Below are positions 25,020 to 32,691 of a stretch of DNA of 40,000 nt, piece by piece. The notes under the pieces are model-generated. The model had not been told where the DNA came from and did not search any database. It saw only the letters and a program-made list of their open reading frames with translations. Position 1 is the first letter of the stretch; each line of letters begins with the position of its first letter. The stretch spans positions 89,965 through 129,964 of the forward strand of contig JARGPH010000014.1 of assembly GCA_029213065.1 (NCBI GenBank), in the 5' to 3' direction. Made by a program: the position numbers and the translations under genes. Source of the DNA: Verrucomicrobiales bacterium. Lineage in GTDB: Bacteria; Verrucomicrobiota; Verrucomicrobiia; Verrucomicrobiales; DEV007.

Positions 25020-25952
25020 CTAGAATTCTTTATCCACAAAAACGAGCAGCGAGAGGAGCAGGAAGACGACGAGATAGCCTCCCGTCAGCATCCCCATCTG
25101 CGAAACGACGGCGTAGTTGATCGCCTCCCCCTGAACGACGCCTTCGCTGAATGAGAAGAGCTGATAGTTGGGGATGAGGATTTTAATGACCTTCACGAGC
25201 ATCTGCACAAAGAGATTCGAGTCACTCTGATGCAGCCAGAAATTCGTCGCCATGGTGTGGGCGTGTCCGATCAGGAAGAGGAGAACGCTCACGATAATCG
25301 TGAAGAGGGAGCTTGAGGCAAAAGTGGAGAGGAAAATCGTCACGGCGGCGACGACGGAGGCTTTCAGAAATGAGGCGAGGACGGCAATCCCCAGCTCGGC
25401 CCGGAGCCCCTGCTTTTGAATCAGCGTGAGCTGTTCGGCGATTTCCTCCTGACTGTAGCGGCTGTCCGCTTGCATCGCTTCGAATTCCGCCCCGATGAAG
25501 GCCGTTTCACGGGCGTAGATCATCACCGCGCAGATCGCATACATCGCGAGGAGTGACACGCCGACGACGAAGAGAACCCCGCCGAGTTTTCCAACGAGGT
25601 ATTCGATGCGGCGCACCGGTTTCGAGAGAATCGTGTAAAGGGTTCGGTCTTCGAGATCCCTCGGAATGAGAAGCGCGGTCGAGACAATCGCGAAGAGCCA
25701 GGCAAAAAGGTCCATCGTCCCGAAGGAAACTTTCTTGATCATCGAAAGCTCTTTCGCCGGTGTCGTCGGGATGTTGAAATTCCCCACCGCAACGACGACA
25801 AGGGCGAAGGCGAGGAGGAAATAGAAGGTCTTCATCCGGACGAGTTGAGTCACAGTGCTGGCCGCAATTGTCCAGACCCGGCCGAGAGAAAAGAGGGGAA
25901 CTTTCGCCGTGGGCGGGCGCAGTGTCGGGGTGGTGGCGTTGGAATCACTCAT
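25020..25952 (-). CDS. ABC-2 type transporter permease
   Basis: 310 aa with about 6 TM segments. Its start overlaps the stop of the upstream ATPase gene by 8 nt. Confidence 0.8.
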   Translation of the reverse strand: MSDSNATTPTLRPPTAKVPLFSLGRVWTIAASTVTQLVRMKTFYFLLAFALVVVAVGNFNIPTTPAKELSMIKKVSFGTMDLFAWLFAIVSTALLIPRDLEDRTLYTILSKPVRRIEYLVGKLGGVLFVVGVSLLAMYAICAVMIYARETAFIGAEFEAMQADSRYSQEEIAEQLTLIQKQGLRAELGIAVLASFLKASVVAAVTIFLSTFASSSLFTIIVSVLLFLIGHAHTMATNFWLHQSDSNLFVQMLVKVIKILIPNYQLFSFSEGVVQGEAINYAVVSQMGMLTGGYLVVFLLLSLLVFVDKEF

Positions 25953-26814
25953 CTTCAGCGTTCTCCTTTCGTTTTCCGGCGATATTGATGAAAAGCCGCT
26001 CGAGGGTGGTCCTCGGGTGGCCCTGCTCGAGGACTTGTGCTTTGCCGTCTTCGGCGACGAGCGCGTTGATTTTCTCCATCAGTTCAGGGCTGGCACCTTT
26101 GAGGGTCATGGCGGTTTGGTCTTCAATCGCGATGAGTTCATCAAGTGAGCCTTCACGGCGCATCCGGCCTTTGAAAATAATGCCGACACGATCGCAGACT
26201 TCCTGGACCTGCTCCAGCAGGTGTGAGCAGAGAAAAACGGTGTAGCCGTCGTCGCGCAGTTTCATGATGAGGTCCCGAATCTGGCGGGAGCCCACGGGGT
26301 CGACACCGGCGGTCGGTTCATCGAGAATGACGAGGCGGGGATTCTGAATCAGGGTCTGAGCGAGTCCGATGCGCTGAAGCATTCCTTTCGAATAGCCGCC
26401 GAGGCGTCGATTCGCGGCGTCTTCCAAGTCAACGAGCTCAAGCAGTTCAGCGATACGGTTTTTGAGCTCTGGGCCCCTGATCCCGCAGAGTTTGCCGTAA
26501 AATTTCAGCGTTTCCGCTCCGGAGAGGTGCTTGTAGAAATACGGGTTTTCGGGAAGGAATCCGATCTCGTTGCGGGCACGAATGTCACCGCTGTCGAGGC
26601 CGAAGACTTTGGCGGATCCTTTGCTCGCGGCCATGAGCCCGAGGACGACTTTCATCGTCGTGGATTTCCCCGAGCCGTTCGGCCCGATAAGCCCGTAGAC
26701 CTCGCCGGCTTTCACCTCAAAGGAGAGGTTATCGACCGCGACGACGTAGTCTTTGCTCAGACCGGTCGCGAAGACCTTGGTTAAATTTTTGACTTCTACT
26801 GCCAGTTCACTCAT
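25945..26814 (-). CDS. ABC transporter ATP-binding protein (ABC-2 / drug-exporter type)
   Basis: 289 aa. Walker A GPNGSGKST, signature YSKGMLQRIGLAQ, Walker B LVILDEPTAGVDP. Confidence 0.9.
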   Translation of the reverse strand: MSELAVEVKNLTKVFATGLSKDYVVAVDNLSFEVKAGEVYGLIGPNGSGKSTTMKVVLGLMAASKGSAKVFGLDSGDIRARNEIGFLPENPYFYKHLSGAETLKFYGKLCGIRGPELKNRIAELLELVDLEDAANRRLGGYSKGMLQRIGLAQTLIQNPRLVILDEPTAGVDPVGSRQIRDLIMKLRDDGYTVFLCSHLLEQVQEVCDRVGIIFKGRMRREGSLDELIAIEDQTAMTLKGASPELMEKINALVAEDGKAQVLEQGHPRTTLERLFINIAGKRKENAEDE

Positions 26815-26819
26815 GAAAA

Positions 26820-27092
26820 TTAGTCCCGGATCGAAAAACCACTGATGTCTTCTAAGAGCGGCACGGTGCGTTCTTCCTGTTCCAAAATATGATGGCCGAG
26901 GGGGCTGTCGTGCAGTTCCTGAATAAATTCATCCAGTTCCTCCTCGTCGCCCATGATCTGCAGTTCGACGCGACCATCGGGGCAGTTTTGCACCCAGCCG
27001 AGCACATCAAAGCCTTTTGCGAGCTGCTTCGTTGCGTAACGAAAACCCACTCCCTGCACTCTACCTTCAAAAAAATACTGCCTGGCAGTCAT
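26820..27092 (-). CDS. acyP: acylphosphatase
   Basis: 90 aa. Motifs FEGRVQGVGFRY and GWVQNCPDGRVE. Confidence 0.9.
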   Translation of the reverse strand: MTARQYFFEGRVQGVGFRYATKQLAKGFDVLGWVQNCPDGRVELQIMGDEEELDEFIQELHDSPLGHHILEQEERTVPLLEDISGFSIRD

Positions 27093-27238
27093 GGGCGCAT
27101 CTTAGCAGAGGATTCGGATACGGCGCGAGTGGATTTGAGAATATCAGCAAAAAATCACAAAACGGTAACAATTGAGAAGGAGGCGGTAACGGTAATATTG
27201 ATTGCAGCTCGATACGGATACGCAACGATAGAGGGCCT

Positions 27239-27826
27239 ATGTCATTTTCCATCCAGTCCCTCTGCGTCTTCTGCGGAGCGCAAACGAGCGCTAATCCTGC
27301 CTTCGAGGCTTCGGCGCGAGAAGTCGGGAAGTATCTCGCCGATCACAAAATCCGTCTTGTCTACGGCGGAGGAAGTGTTGGAATGATGGGGGCGGTCGCT
27401 GACGCGTCTCTCGAAGCGGGCGGAGAGGTCATTGGAGTCATCACAACTTACCTCCAGGGCCGTGAACTCGGACATCCCGGCGTTTCCGCGATGCGCGTCG
27501 TCGAAACGATGCTGGAGCGAAAGCAGGTCATGGCGGATCTCAGTGACGGTTTTATTTCGCTTCCCGGTGGTATCGGGACGCTCGACGAGCTCTTTGAAAT
27601 GTTGACCTGGTCGAGGCTTTCGGTTCATGATAAGCCCAGCGGAGTCCTCAATGTGGGCGGTTTTTACGATGAACTGATCTCATTCACGCAGAAAACGCAG
27701 GTTGAAGCAGGCTTCATCAGCGCGGAGGATGCCGCGAACTTGATTCACTCAACGACGCTGCCGGATTTGCTCGCGAAACTGGAAAGTGCTATTGAGCAGG
27801 GACCCTCGTCACTTTATCGGAAATGA
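27239..27826 (+). CDS. LOG-family nucleotide 5'-monophosphate nucleosidase (TIGR00730-type Rossmann protein)
   Basis: 195 aa. Motifs [11 protein letters not shown] and [12 protein letters not shown]. Its stop overlaps the thyA ATG (ATGA at 27823-27826). Confidence 0.85.
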   Translation: MSFSIQSLCVFCGAQTSANPAFEASAREVGKYLADHKIRLVYGGGSVGMMGAVADASLEAGGEVIGVITTYLQGRELGHPGVSAMRVVETMLERKQVMADLSDGFISLPGGIGTLDELFEMLTWSRLSVHDKPSGVLNVGGFYDELISFTQKTQVEAGFISAEDAANLIHSTTLPDLLAKLESAIEQGPSSLYRK

Positions 27827-28626
27827 AAGCCTATCTCGACTTACTCACCCACGTTCTCGAGAACGGAAAAGAACGCGGCGATCGCACCGGCACCGGCACG
27901 ATCGGTGTTTTCGGGGCTCAGGCTCGATTTGATCTCCGCGAGAGTTTCCCCTGTCTCACGACAAAGAAGCTTCACTTGCGATCCATCATTCACGAGCTGC
28001 TCTGGTTTCTGCAGGGCGATACGAACATCAAGTATCTGAAGGATAACGGCGTTCGGATCTGGGACGAATGGGCGGACGAAAATGGCGACCTCGGTCCCGT
28101 TTACGGAAAGCAATGGCGCTCGTGGGCGAATCCGGGTTCCGGTGAAACGATCGATCAGATCGCACGGGTCGTCGATTCAATTCGAAACAACCCGAACAGT
28201 CGGCGTCACATCGTCAGCGCCTGGAACCCCGCCGATGTCGAGGACATGGCCCTCCCGCCGTGCCATACCATGTTTCAATTTTATGTCGATGAGAGTGCCG
28301 GCGAGCTCAGTTGCCAGCTCTATCAGCGGAGTGCCGATTTGTTTTTGGGGGTTCCTTTCAATATCGCGTCGTATGCCCTGCTCACGCTGATGATGGCGCA
28401 GATCTGCGGTTTGAAACCCGGTGAGTTTGTTCACACCTTCGGTGACCTTCACCTTTACTCGAATCACCTCGAGCAGGCACGTGAGCAGTTGAGCCGTGAG
28501 CCGCGTGCTCTACCGACGATGAAGCTGAATCCGGACGTGAAAGAGATCGACGGCTTTTCCTTCGATGACTTTGAGTTGGTCGGATACGATCCTCACCCAA
28601 CCATAAAAGCTCCCATCGCGGTATGA
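27823..28626 (+). CDS. thyA: thymidylate synthase (ThyA)
   Basis: 267 aa. Motif DRTGTGT, catalytic [11 protein letters not shown], and [16 protein letters not shown]. Confidence 0.97.
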   Translation: MKAYLDLLTHVLENGKERGDRTGTGTIGVFGAQARFDLRESFPCLTTKKLHLRSIIHELLWFLQGDTNIKYLKDNGVRIWDEWADENGDLGPVYGKQWRSWANPGSGETIDQIARVVDSIRNNPNSRRHIVSAWNPADVEDMALPPCHTMFQFYVDESAGELSCQLYQRSADLFLGVPFNIASYALLTLMMAQICGLKPGEFVHTFGDLHLYSNHLEQAREQLSREPRALPTMKLNPDVKEIDGFSFDDFELVGYDPHPTIKAPIAV

Positions 28627-29096
28627 GCGGTCCTGTTTTAAAAGCCGTCGTCGCGATGGCGTCGAATCGCATCATCGGGAAAGACGGTGATTTGCCGTGG
28701 CGTTTGTCCGAGGATTTGAAGTGGTTCAAAAAAATGACAGTGGGCCATCCCATTATCATGGGCCGCAAGACGATGGATTCGTTAGGGCGCCCTTTGCCAA
28801 AGCGGCGGAACATTGTGATTTCACGCTCGCTCGCTGAAGTGCCGGAGGGATTTGAATTGGTCGACAGTTGCGAAGCGGCGGTAGAGCTGGTCAAAGACGA
28901 AGAAGCCGCCAGTGTCATCGGCGGCGCGCAAATTTACGGCGAGATGATTCCTTTGTGTGACGAGGTCTTGCTCAGTTACGTGTTTCACCCCTACGAAGGC
29001 GACACGACCCTGCCCGAATTTGAAGCCGATTTTGAAATGACCGAAGTGTTGTTCAGGAATGATGACTTCGAGCTGCGGCGGTATCTGAGGCAGTAG
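28623..29096 (+). CDS. folA: dihydrofolate reductase
   Basis: 157 aa. Motifs [15 protein letters not shown] and VIGGAQIY. Its ATG overlaps the thyA stop. Confidence 0.93.
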   Translation: MSGPVLKAVVAMASNRIIGKDGDLPWRLSEDLKWFKKMTVGHPIIMGRKTMDSLGRPLPKRRNIVISRSLAEVPEGFELVDSCEAAVELVKDEEAASVIGGAQIYGEMIPLCDEVLLSYVFHPYEGDTTLPEFEADFEMTEVLFRNDDFELRRYLRQ

Positions 29097-29140
29097 TCAG
29101 TTTTCGGTGTTCAGTTTTCAGTTTTCAGTTTTCAGTTTTC
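29097..29140. repeat. heptanucleotide microsatellite (TCAGTTT)x6, second unit degenerate
   Basis: Read directly. It starts 1 nt after the folA stop. A GGT-rich low-complexity run follows at 29149-29176. Confidence 0.9.
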
Positions 29141-29180
29141 GCGGATTCGTTGGTCGTTGGTGGATGGTGGTTGGTCCGGC

Positions 29181-29268
29181 GAACCCCAACGGGGTTTTGT
29201 ATCATAGCCCGGGGTTCTCGAACCCCGGGATTAAATCGCGGAAGTCTCGCAACCCCAACGGGGTTGTG
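29181..29268 (+). repeat. 88-nt composite REP-like module, copy 1 (three hairpins)
   Basis: Sequence: GAACCCCAACGGGGTTT...CCCGGGGTTCTCGAACCCCGGG...GCAACCCCAACGGGGTTGTG. It aligns position for position with copy 3 and with the reverse complement of copy 2. Confidence 0.85.
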
Positions 29269-29307
29269 TAAAATGCGAGTTCGAACTTAACCACCACGTC
29301 CGTTGCT

Positions 29308-29763
29308 ATGCCGCAATCGCTCTCACGAATCCTGATCCACACCATTTTTTCTACGAAAAACCGTGAGAATAGTTTCACGGATTCGGCGTTTCGCTCGGAA
29401 ATGCATGCATACGTCGGCGGCGTCGCGAAGACGCTGGCTTGTTTCCCCATCCAGATCGGCGGAACTGCTGACCACATTCATATTCTTTCGACCTTGGATC
29501 GTTCAATTTGTGTGGCTGATTTTGTAAAAGAAACCAAACGTGTTTCGACCGATTGGATTCAGAAGCAAAATCGCGGTCTTGCTCAATTTCATTGGCAGGC
29601 CGGATACGGCGTGTTCTCCGTTTCAGAATCGAATTGCGAAGTGGTGACCAAATATATCCAGAATCAGGAAGAGCATCATCGCAAAACAACCTTTCAGGAT
29701 GAGTATCGGATTTTTTGCGAGAAGCACGCCGTTAAAGTCGATGAGCGATACGTGTGGGATTGA
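29308..29763 (+). CDS. IS200/IS605-type Y1 (HUH) transposase, REP-associated (RayT-like)
   Basis: 151 aa. HUH motif ADHIHIL. C-terminal catalytic-Tyr helix VTKYIQNQEEHH. There is no tnpB partner, and REP-like hairpin modules flank it in inverted orientation. Confidence 0.85.
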   Translation: MPQSLSRILIHTIFSTKNRENSFTDSAFRSEMHAYVGGVAKTLACFPIQIGGTADHIHILSTLDRSICVADFVKETKRVSTDWIQKQNRGLAQFHWQAGYGVFSVSESNCEVVTKYIQNQEEHHRKTTFQDEYRIFCEKHAVKVDERYVWD

Positions 29764-29795
29764 GGTAGTCGAGGGCGATACGAAAGGGAGATCGA

Positions 29796-29883
29796 CACAA
29801 CCCCGGTGGGGTTGCCAATTCTTCATGAATCTATCCCGGGGTTCAAGAACCCCGGGCTGGAATACGGAACCCCGTTGGGGTTT
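29796..29883 (-). repeat. 88-nt composite REP-like module, copy 2 (inverted)
   Basis: The reverse complement reads AAACCCCAACGGGGTTC...CCCGGGGTTCTTGAACCCCGGG...GCAACCCCACCGGGGTTGTG. Confidence 0.85.
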
Positions 29884-29957
29884 AGATGGCGTATGAAGGT
29901 CGGAAGTGCAGGAGGGGATGAGTCGAGATGTTGCCCGCCAGTTCGAGCGAAGCTCCT

Positions 29958-30042
29958 GAGAATGGGAGAATGGGAGAATGGGAGAATGGGAGAATGGGAG
30001 AATGGGAGAATGAGAGAATGAGAGAATGGGAGAATGGGAGAA
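29958..30042. repeat. octanucleotide microsatellite (GAGAATGG)x10.6 with two GAGAATGA variants
   Basis: Unit-by-unit count from 29958. The variant units are at 30006-30021. It lies between REP module copies 2 and 3. Confidence 0.9.
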
Positions 30043-30101
30043 ACGTGTTTTACATAATTTTACTCGGAATGTTCGTCCGGTGGAAAGTGCTCGGTGGCCC
30101 A

Positions 30102-30189
30102 GAACCCCAACGGGGTTCTGTATTATAGCCCGGGGTTCTCGAACCCCGGGGGACTGGAACGCGCACGGTCCAACCCCGACGGGGTTGTG
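30102..30189 (+). repeat. 88-nt composite REP-like module, copy 3
   Basis: Sequence: GAACCCCAACGGGGTTC...CCCGGGGTTCTCGAACCCCGGG...CCAACCCCGACGGGGTTGTG. It ends 39 nt before the stop of the octaheme cytochrome gene. Confidence 0.85.
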
Positions 30190-30228
30190 TCGGTTTATGG
30201 TTTTTGCCCCGCCGCTTTCGCGATTCCT

Positions 30229-32601
30229 TCACCCACCCAAACTCTGAACCAACTGTTGCAACTGCGGATTCTCCGGCTGCAACTTCAACGCCTCTTTCGC
30301 GTATCGCAGGGCCTCTGCCACCTTCCCTCCGTCGCGCATGATCGCGGCGGCGCCGGTTAGATATTCGAGATTGTAGGGATCGAGTTCAACTGCTTTTTCC
30401 AGGTAGGGAATCGCTTCGGGGAATCGTCCCAGTGAGTTCAGGGCGACGCCGTAAAAGTAATGCGTCTGGGCGTGGTTCGGCATCAGTTCGGTGGCGAGTT
30501 TCAGTTCCGCGACGCCTTCGTCGTATCGCTTCATTCGGATCAAAAAGCGCGCCAGAGCATCGCGGGCGAGACCTTCTTCTCCGGCTATCATCGCGGCTTC
30601 GACGGCTTCGCGGAATTCACTCTCCGCTTCCTTCGGACGGTTCTCGGAATAAAGCATTTCGGCCAAATTAATCCGCGCAGGAACAAATTCCGGCTCGACC
30701 CGTTTTGCGGTTTCGTAGGCCGCTTTCGCTTTCTCTGCTTCACCGAGGTCGGTGTAAAACAATGCCAGCCCCATGTGACCGGCGGCGCGGTCGGAAATCG
30801 CCTCCAGCTTCGAGATGAGTTCCTCTTTCGCTTTTGCAAAGGCTTCAAAAGTTGCTTCGTCAAATGAAGGTGAGGCGGCAGCAAGAACGCGTGCCGCTTC
30901 GGTGCGAACGGACTTCACGGGATCGCTAAGAAGGCCCTTTCCTAGATTCATTCGCTGCTGAGCGGGGTAGGGCAAGAGAGCCGCGACCGCCTGCGCTCTC
31001 ACTTCGGGATCTTTGTCGGCGAGTCGCGTCGCGATTGCGGTCGTCGATTCGAGGCCGGGGGCCTGCTGGCTGATCGTCTCGACGGCGGCGGCACGTGCGA
31101 TTGCCGGCTGGTCGTAATCGCCTGCCAATGCAATAACTCTTTCCAATGAGCCCGGTTCACCGCGACGGGCCGATGCGAGAATTTCCCCGTAGTGCGCATT
31201 GCGTGGACCTCCACCCCACCAATTTTTCGCCGCTTCGGCGGCCCACTCCTGAGTCTGGTCTTCGTGGCATTGGGTGCAGGCGTCAGGGGAGCCGACTTTC
31301 ATTGAAAGATCAGGACGTGGAATGCGAAGGCTGTGGTCGCGTCGGTCGTCCACGCCCATGTAGGTTTTGTGCGGCATGTGACACTCCACGCAGCTTGCCC
31401 CGGTGCTGCCCATTTCATGAAAATGGTGCGCCGGTGTGTTGTAGGGCTCCGCCTGGTGGCATTGCAGGCAGAGCGCATTGCCGGGCACTTTCAGTTTCAT
31501 CGAATGCGGGTTGTGGCAATCCGAGCAACGCACCCCGGCGTGAAACATTTTGCTCTGAACGAAGGATCCGTAGACGTAAACCTCTTCGTCAATCTGGCCG
31601 TCATGATGATAGAGTTGATTGGTGATGATGGAGGGATGATGAGAATCGTGGAATCCCTGGCCGGGAGTGTAGACCGGCTCGTTGAGTGATCGATGCGCAT
31701 GGCAACGCGCGCAGCTTTCGACCTGAACGTTTGACTTCAGCGGTGGGGTTCGTTCGGGCATGTTGGTTTCCGGATTGATCGCCCAGAGCCCTTCTTCCGG
31801 TTCTTTCAAGGTGACAACGAGTCCCTTTGATTTGGCGTAGTCGGTGAGCGCTTTCTTTTCGTCATCTGAGATGCCTGACCCACCTGTCTCTTTCGCCGCC
31901 GCGTTGGCCCAGAGAACGTGTTCTGATCCGGGGCCGTGACAGGCTTCGCAACTCACGTTCGTTTCTGACCAGGTCGTGTCGTAGGTGAGTGTGTCAGGAT
32001 CGAAATTCTTATCCAGGTTAGTGGAATGACAGTCGGCGCACATGTAGTTCCAGTTGAAATGACGACGCGTCCAGTGGAGGACATCTTCCGGTGGAACCGG
32101 CTCGTCGGGATAGAGGTGATACCAGCGCTGACCGCCGTCCTCTTTCGGGCGCGAGTCCCAGCACACCTGGAGCGCCTGGTAGCGACCGCCGGGAAAGGGA
32201 ATCAGGTACTGCTGGAGCGGTTCATGACCGAAGGTGTAATCGATCTTCATGTCTTTGTAGGTCCCGTCCGAATCGGGTGCGTTGACCCAGAACTCTTTCC
32301 CTTTTCTGAAGAAGCGAAATTTCTGACCGAAGTGATCGAATTCTGCATCGTTGAAATCACCGAGAACGAACTCGTCTGTCGCCGGATTCATCGCGAGGTG
32401 GTGATCACTTTTGAGCCAGTCCTGATGCTGTTCGGTGTGGCATTCGACGCAGCTTTTCAGCCCCGCATAGTCCGCGTTGGGGATGGAGTGGTAGGGCGAG
32501 TAGTCCTCTTCCACGGTGACAGAATCCGGATTTTTCTCGGGGCCGCATGAACTGAGCAGGAGCGCTGCAACGAAGATAAAAAGGCGATGAAATGAGAGCA
32601 T
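30229..32601 (-). CDS. octaheme c-type cytochrome fused to HEAT-like and TPR repeats
   Basis: 790 aa with signal/lipobox-like LLLSSCG. Eight CxxCH motifs sit in the N-terminal 470 aa: CVECH, CADCH, CEACH, CARCH, CSDCH, CLQCH, CVECH, CTQCH. The C-terminal part has HEAT-like (DKDPEVRAQAVAAL, DPVKSVRTEAARVLA) and TPR-like (ALFYTDLGEAEKAKAAYETAKRVEP...) repeats. Confidence 0.85.
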   Translation of the reverse strand: MLSFHRLFIFVAALLLSSCGPEKNPDSVTVEEDYSPYHSIPNADYAGLKSCVECHTEQHQDWLKSDHHLAMNPATDEFVLGDFNDAEFDHFGQKFRFFRKGKEFWVNAPDSDGTYKDMKIDYTFGHEPLQQYLIPFPGGRYQALQVCWDSRPKEDGGQRWYHLYPDEPVPPEDVLHWTRRHFNWNYMCADCHSTNLDKNFDPDTLTYDTTWSETNVSCEACHGPGSEHVLWANAAAKETGGSGISDDEKKALTDYAKSKGLVVTLKEPEEGLWAINPETNMPERTPPLKSNVQVESCARCHAHRSLNEPVYTPGQGFHDSHHPSIITNQLYHHDGQIDEEVYVYGSFVQSKMFHAGVRCSDCHNPHSMKLKVPGNALCLQCHQAEPYNTPAHHFHEMGSTGASCVECHMPHKTYMGVDDRRDHSLRIPRPDLSMKVGSPDACTQCHEDQTQEWAAEAAKNWWGGGPRNAHYGEILASARRGEPGSLERVIALAGDYDQPAIARAAAVETISQQAPGLESTTAIATRLADKDPEVRAQAVAALLPYPAQQRMNLGKGLLSDPVKSVRTEAARVLAAASPSFDEATFEAFAKAKEELISKLEAISDRAAGHMGLALFYTDLGEAEKAKAAYETAKRVEPEFVPARINLAEMLYSENRPKEAESEFREAVEAAMIAGEEGLARDALARFLIRMKRYDEGVAELKLATELMPNHAQTHYFYGVALNSLGRFPEAIPYLEKAVELDPYNLEYLTGAAAIMRDGGKVAEALRYAKEALKLQPENPQLQQLVQSLGG

Positions 32602-32691
32602 TGGGAAAAGCGCAACCGATTCAGGGATGAAAAAGGGGGGGAGTCAACCCTGTTGAATACGGGACTAAACACTGTTTAGTGATGACTTTCC

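Noticed and set aside
29958-30042. Possible CRISPR array (also considered for 39947-40000)
   Set aside because: The 8-nt units are contiguous with no spacers. The 10-nt repeats with 12-nt spacers at the window end are far below CRISPR repeat and spacer sizes. No cas genes are present in the window.
29202-30360. Several 60-91-aa ORFs across the REP/microsatellite region (29202-29477, 29806-30021, 29928-30128, 30026-30247, 30050-30232, 30094-30360)
   Set aside because: They are made of translated palindromes and of the 8-nt repeat (MGEWENGR...). They appear in several frames and on both strands simultaneously, and they overlap the real transposase or cytochrome genes.
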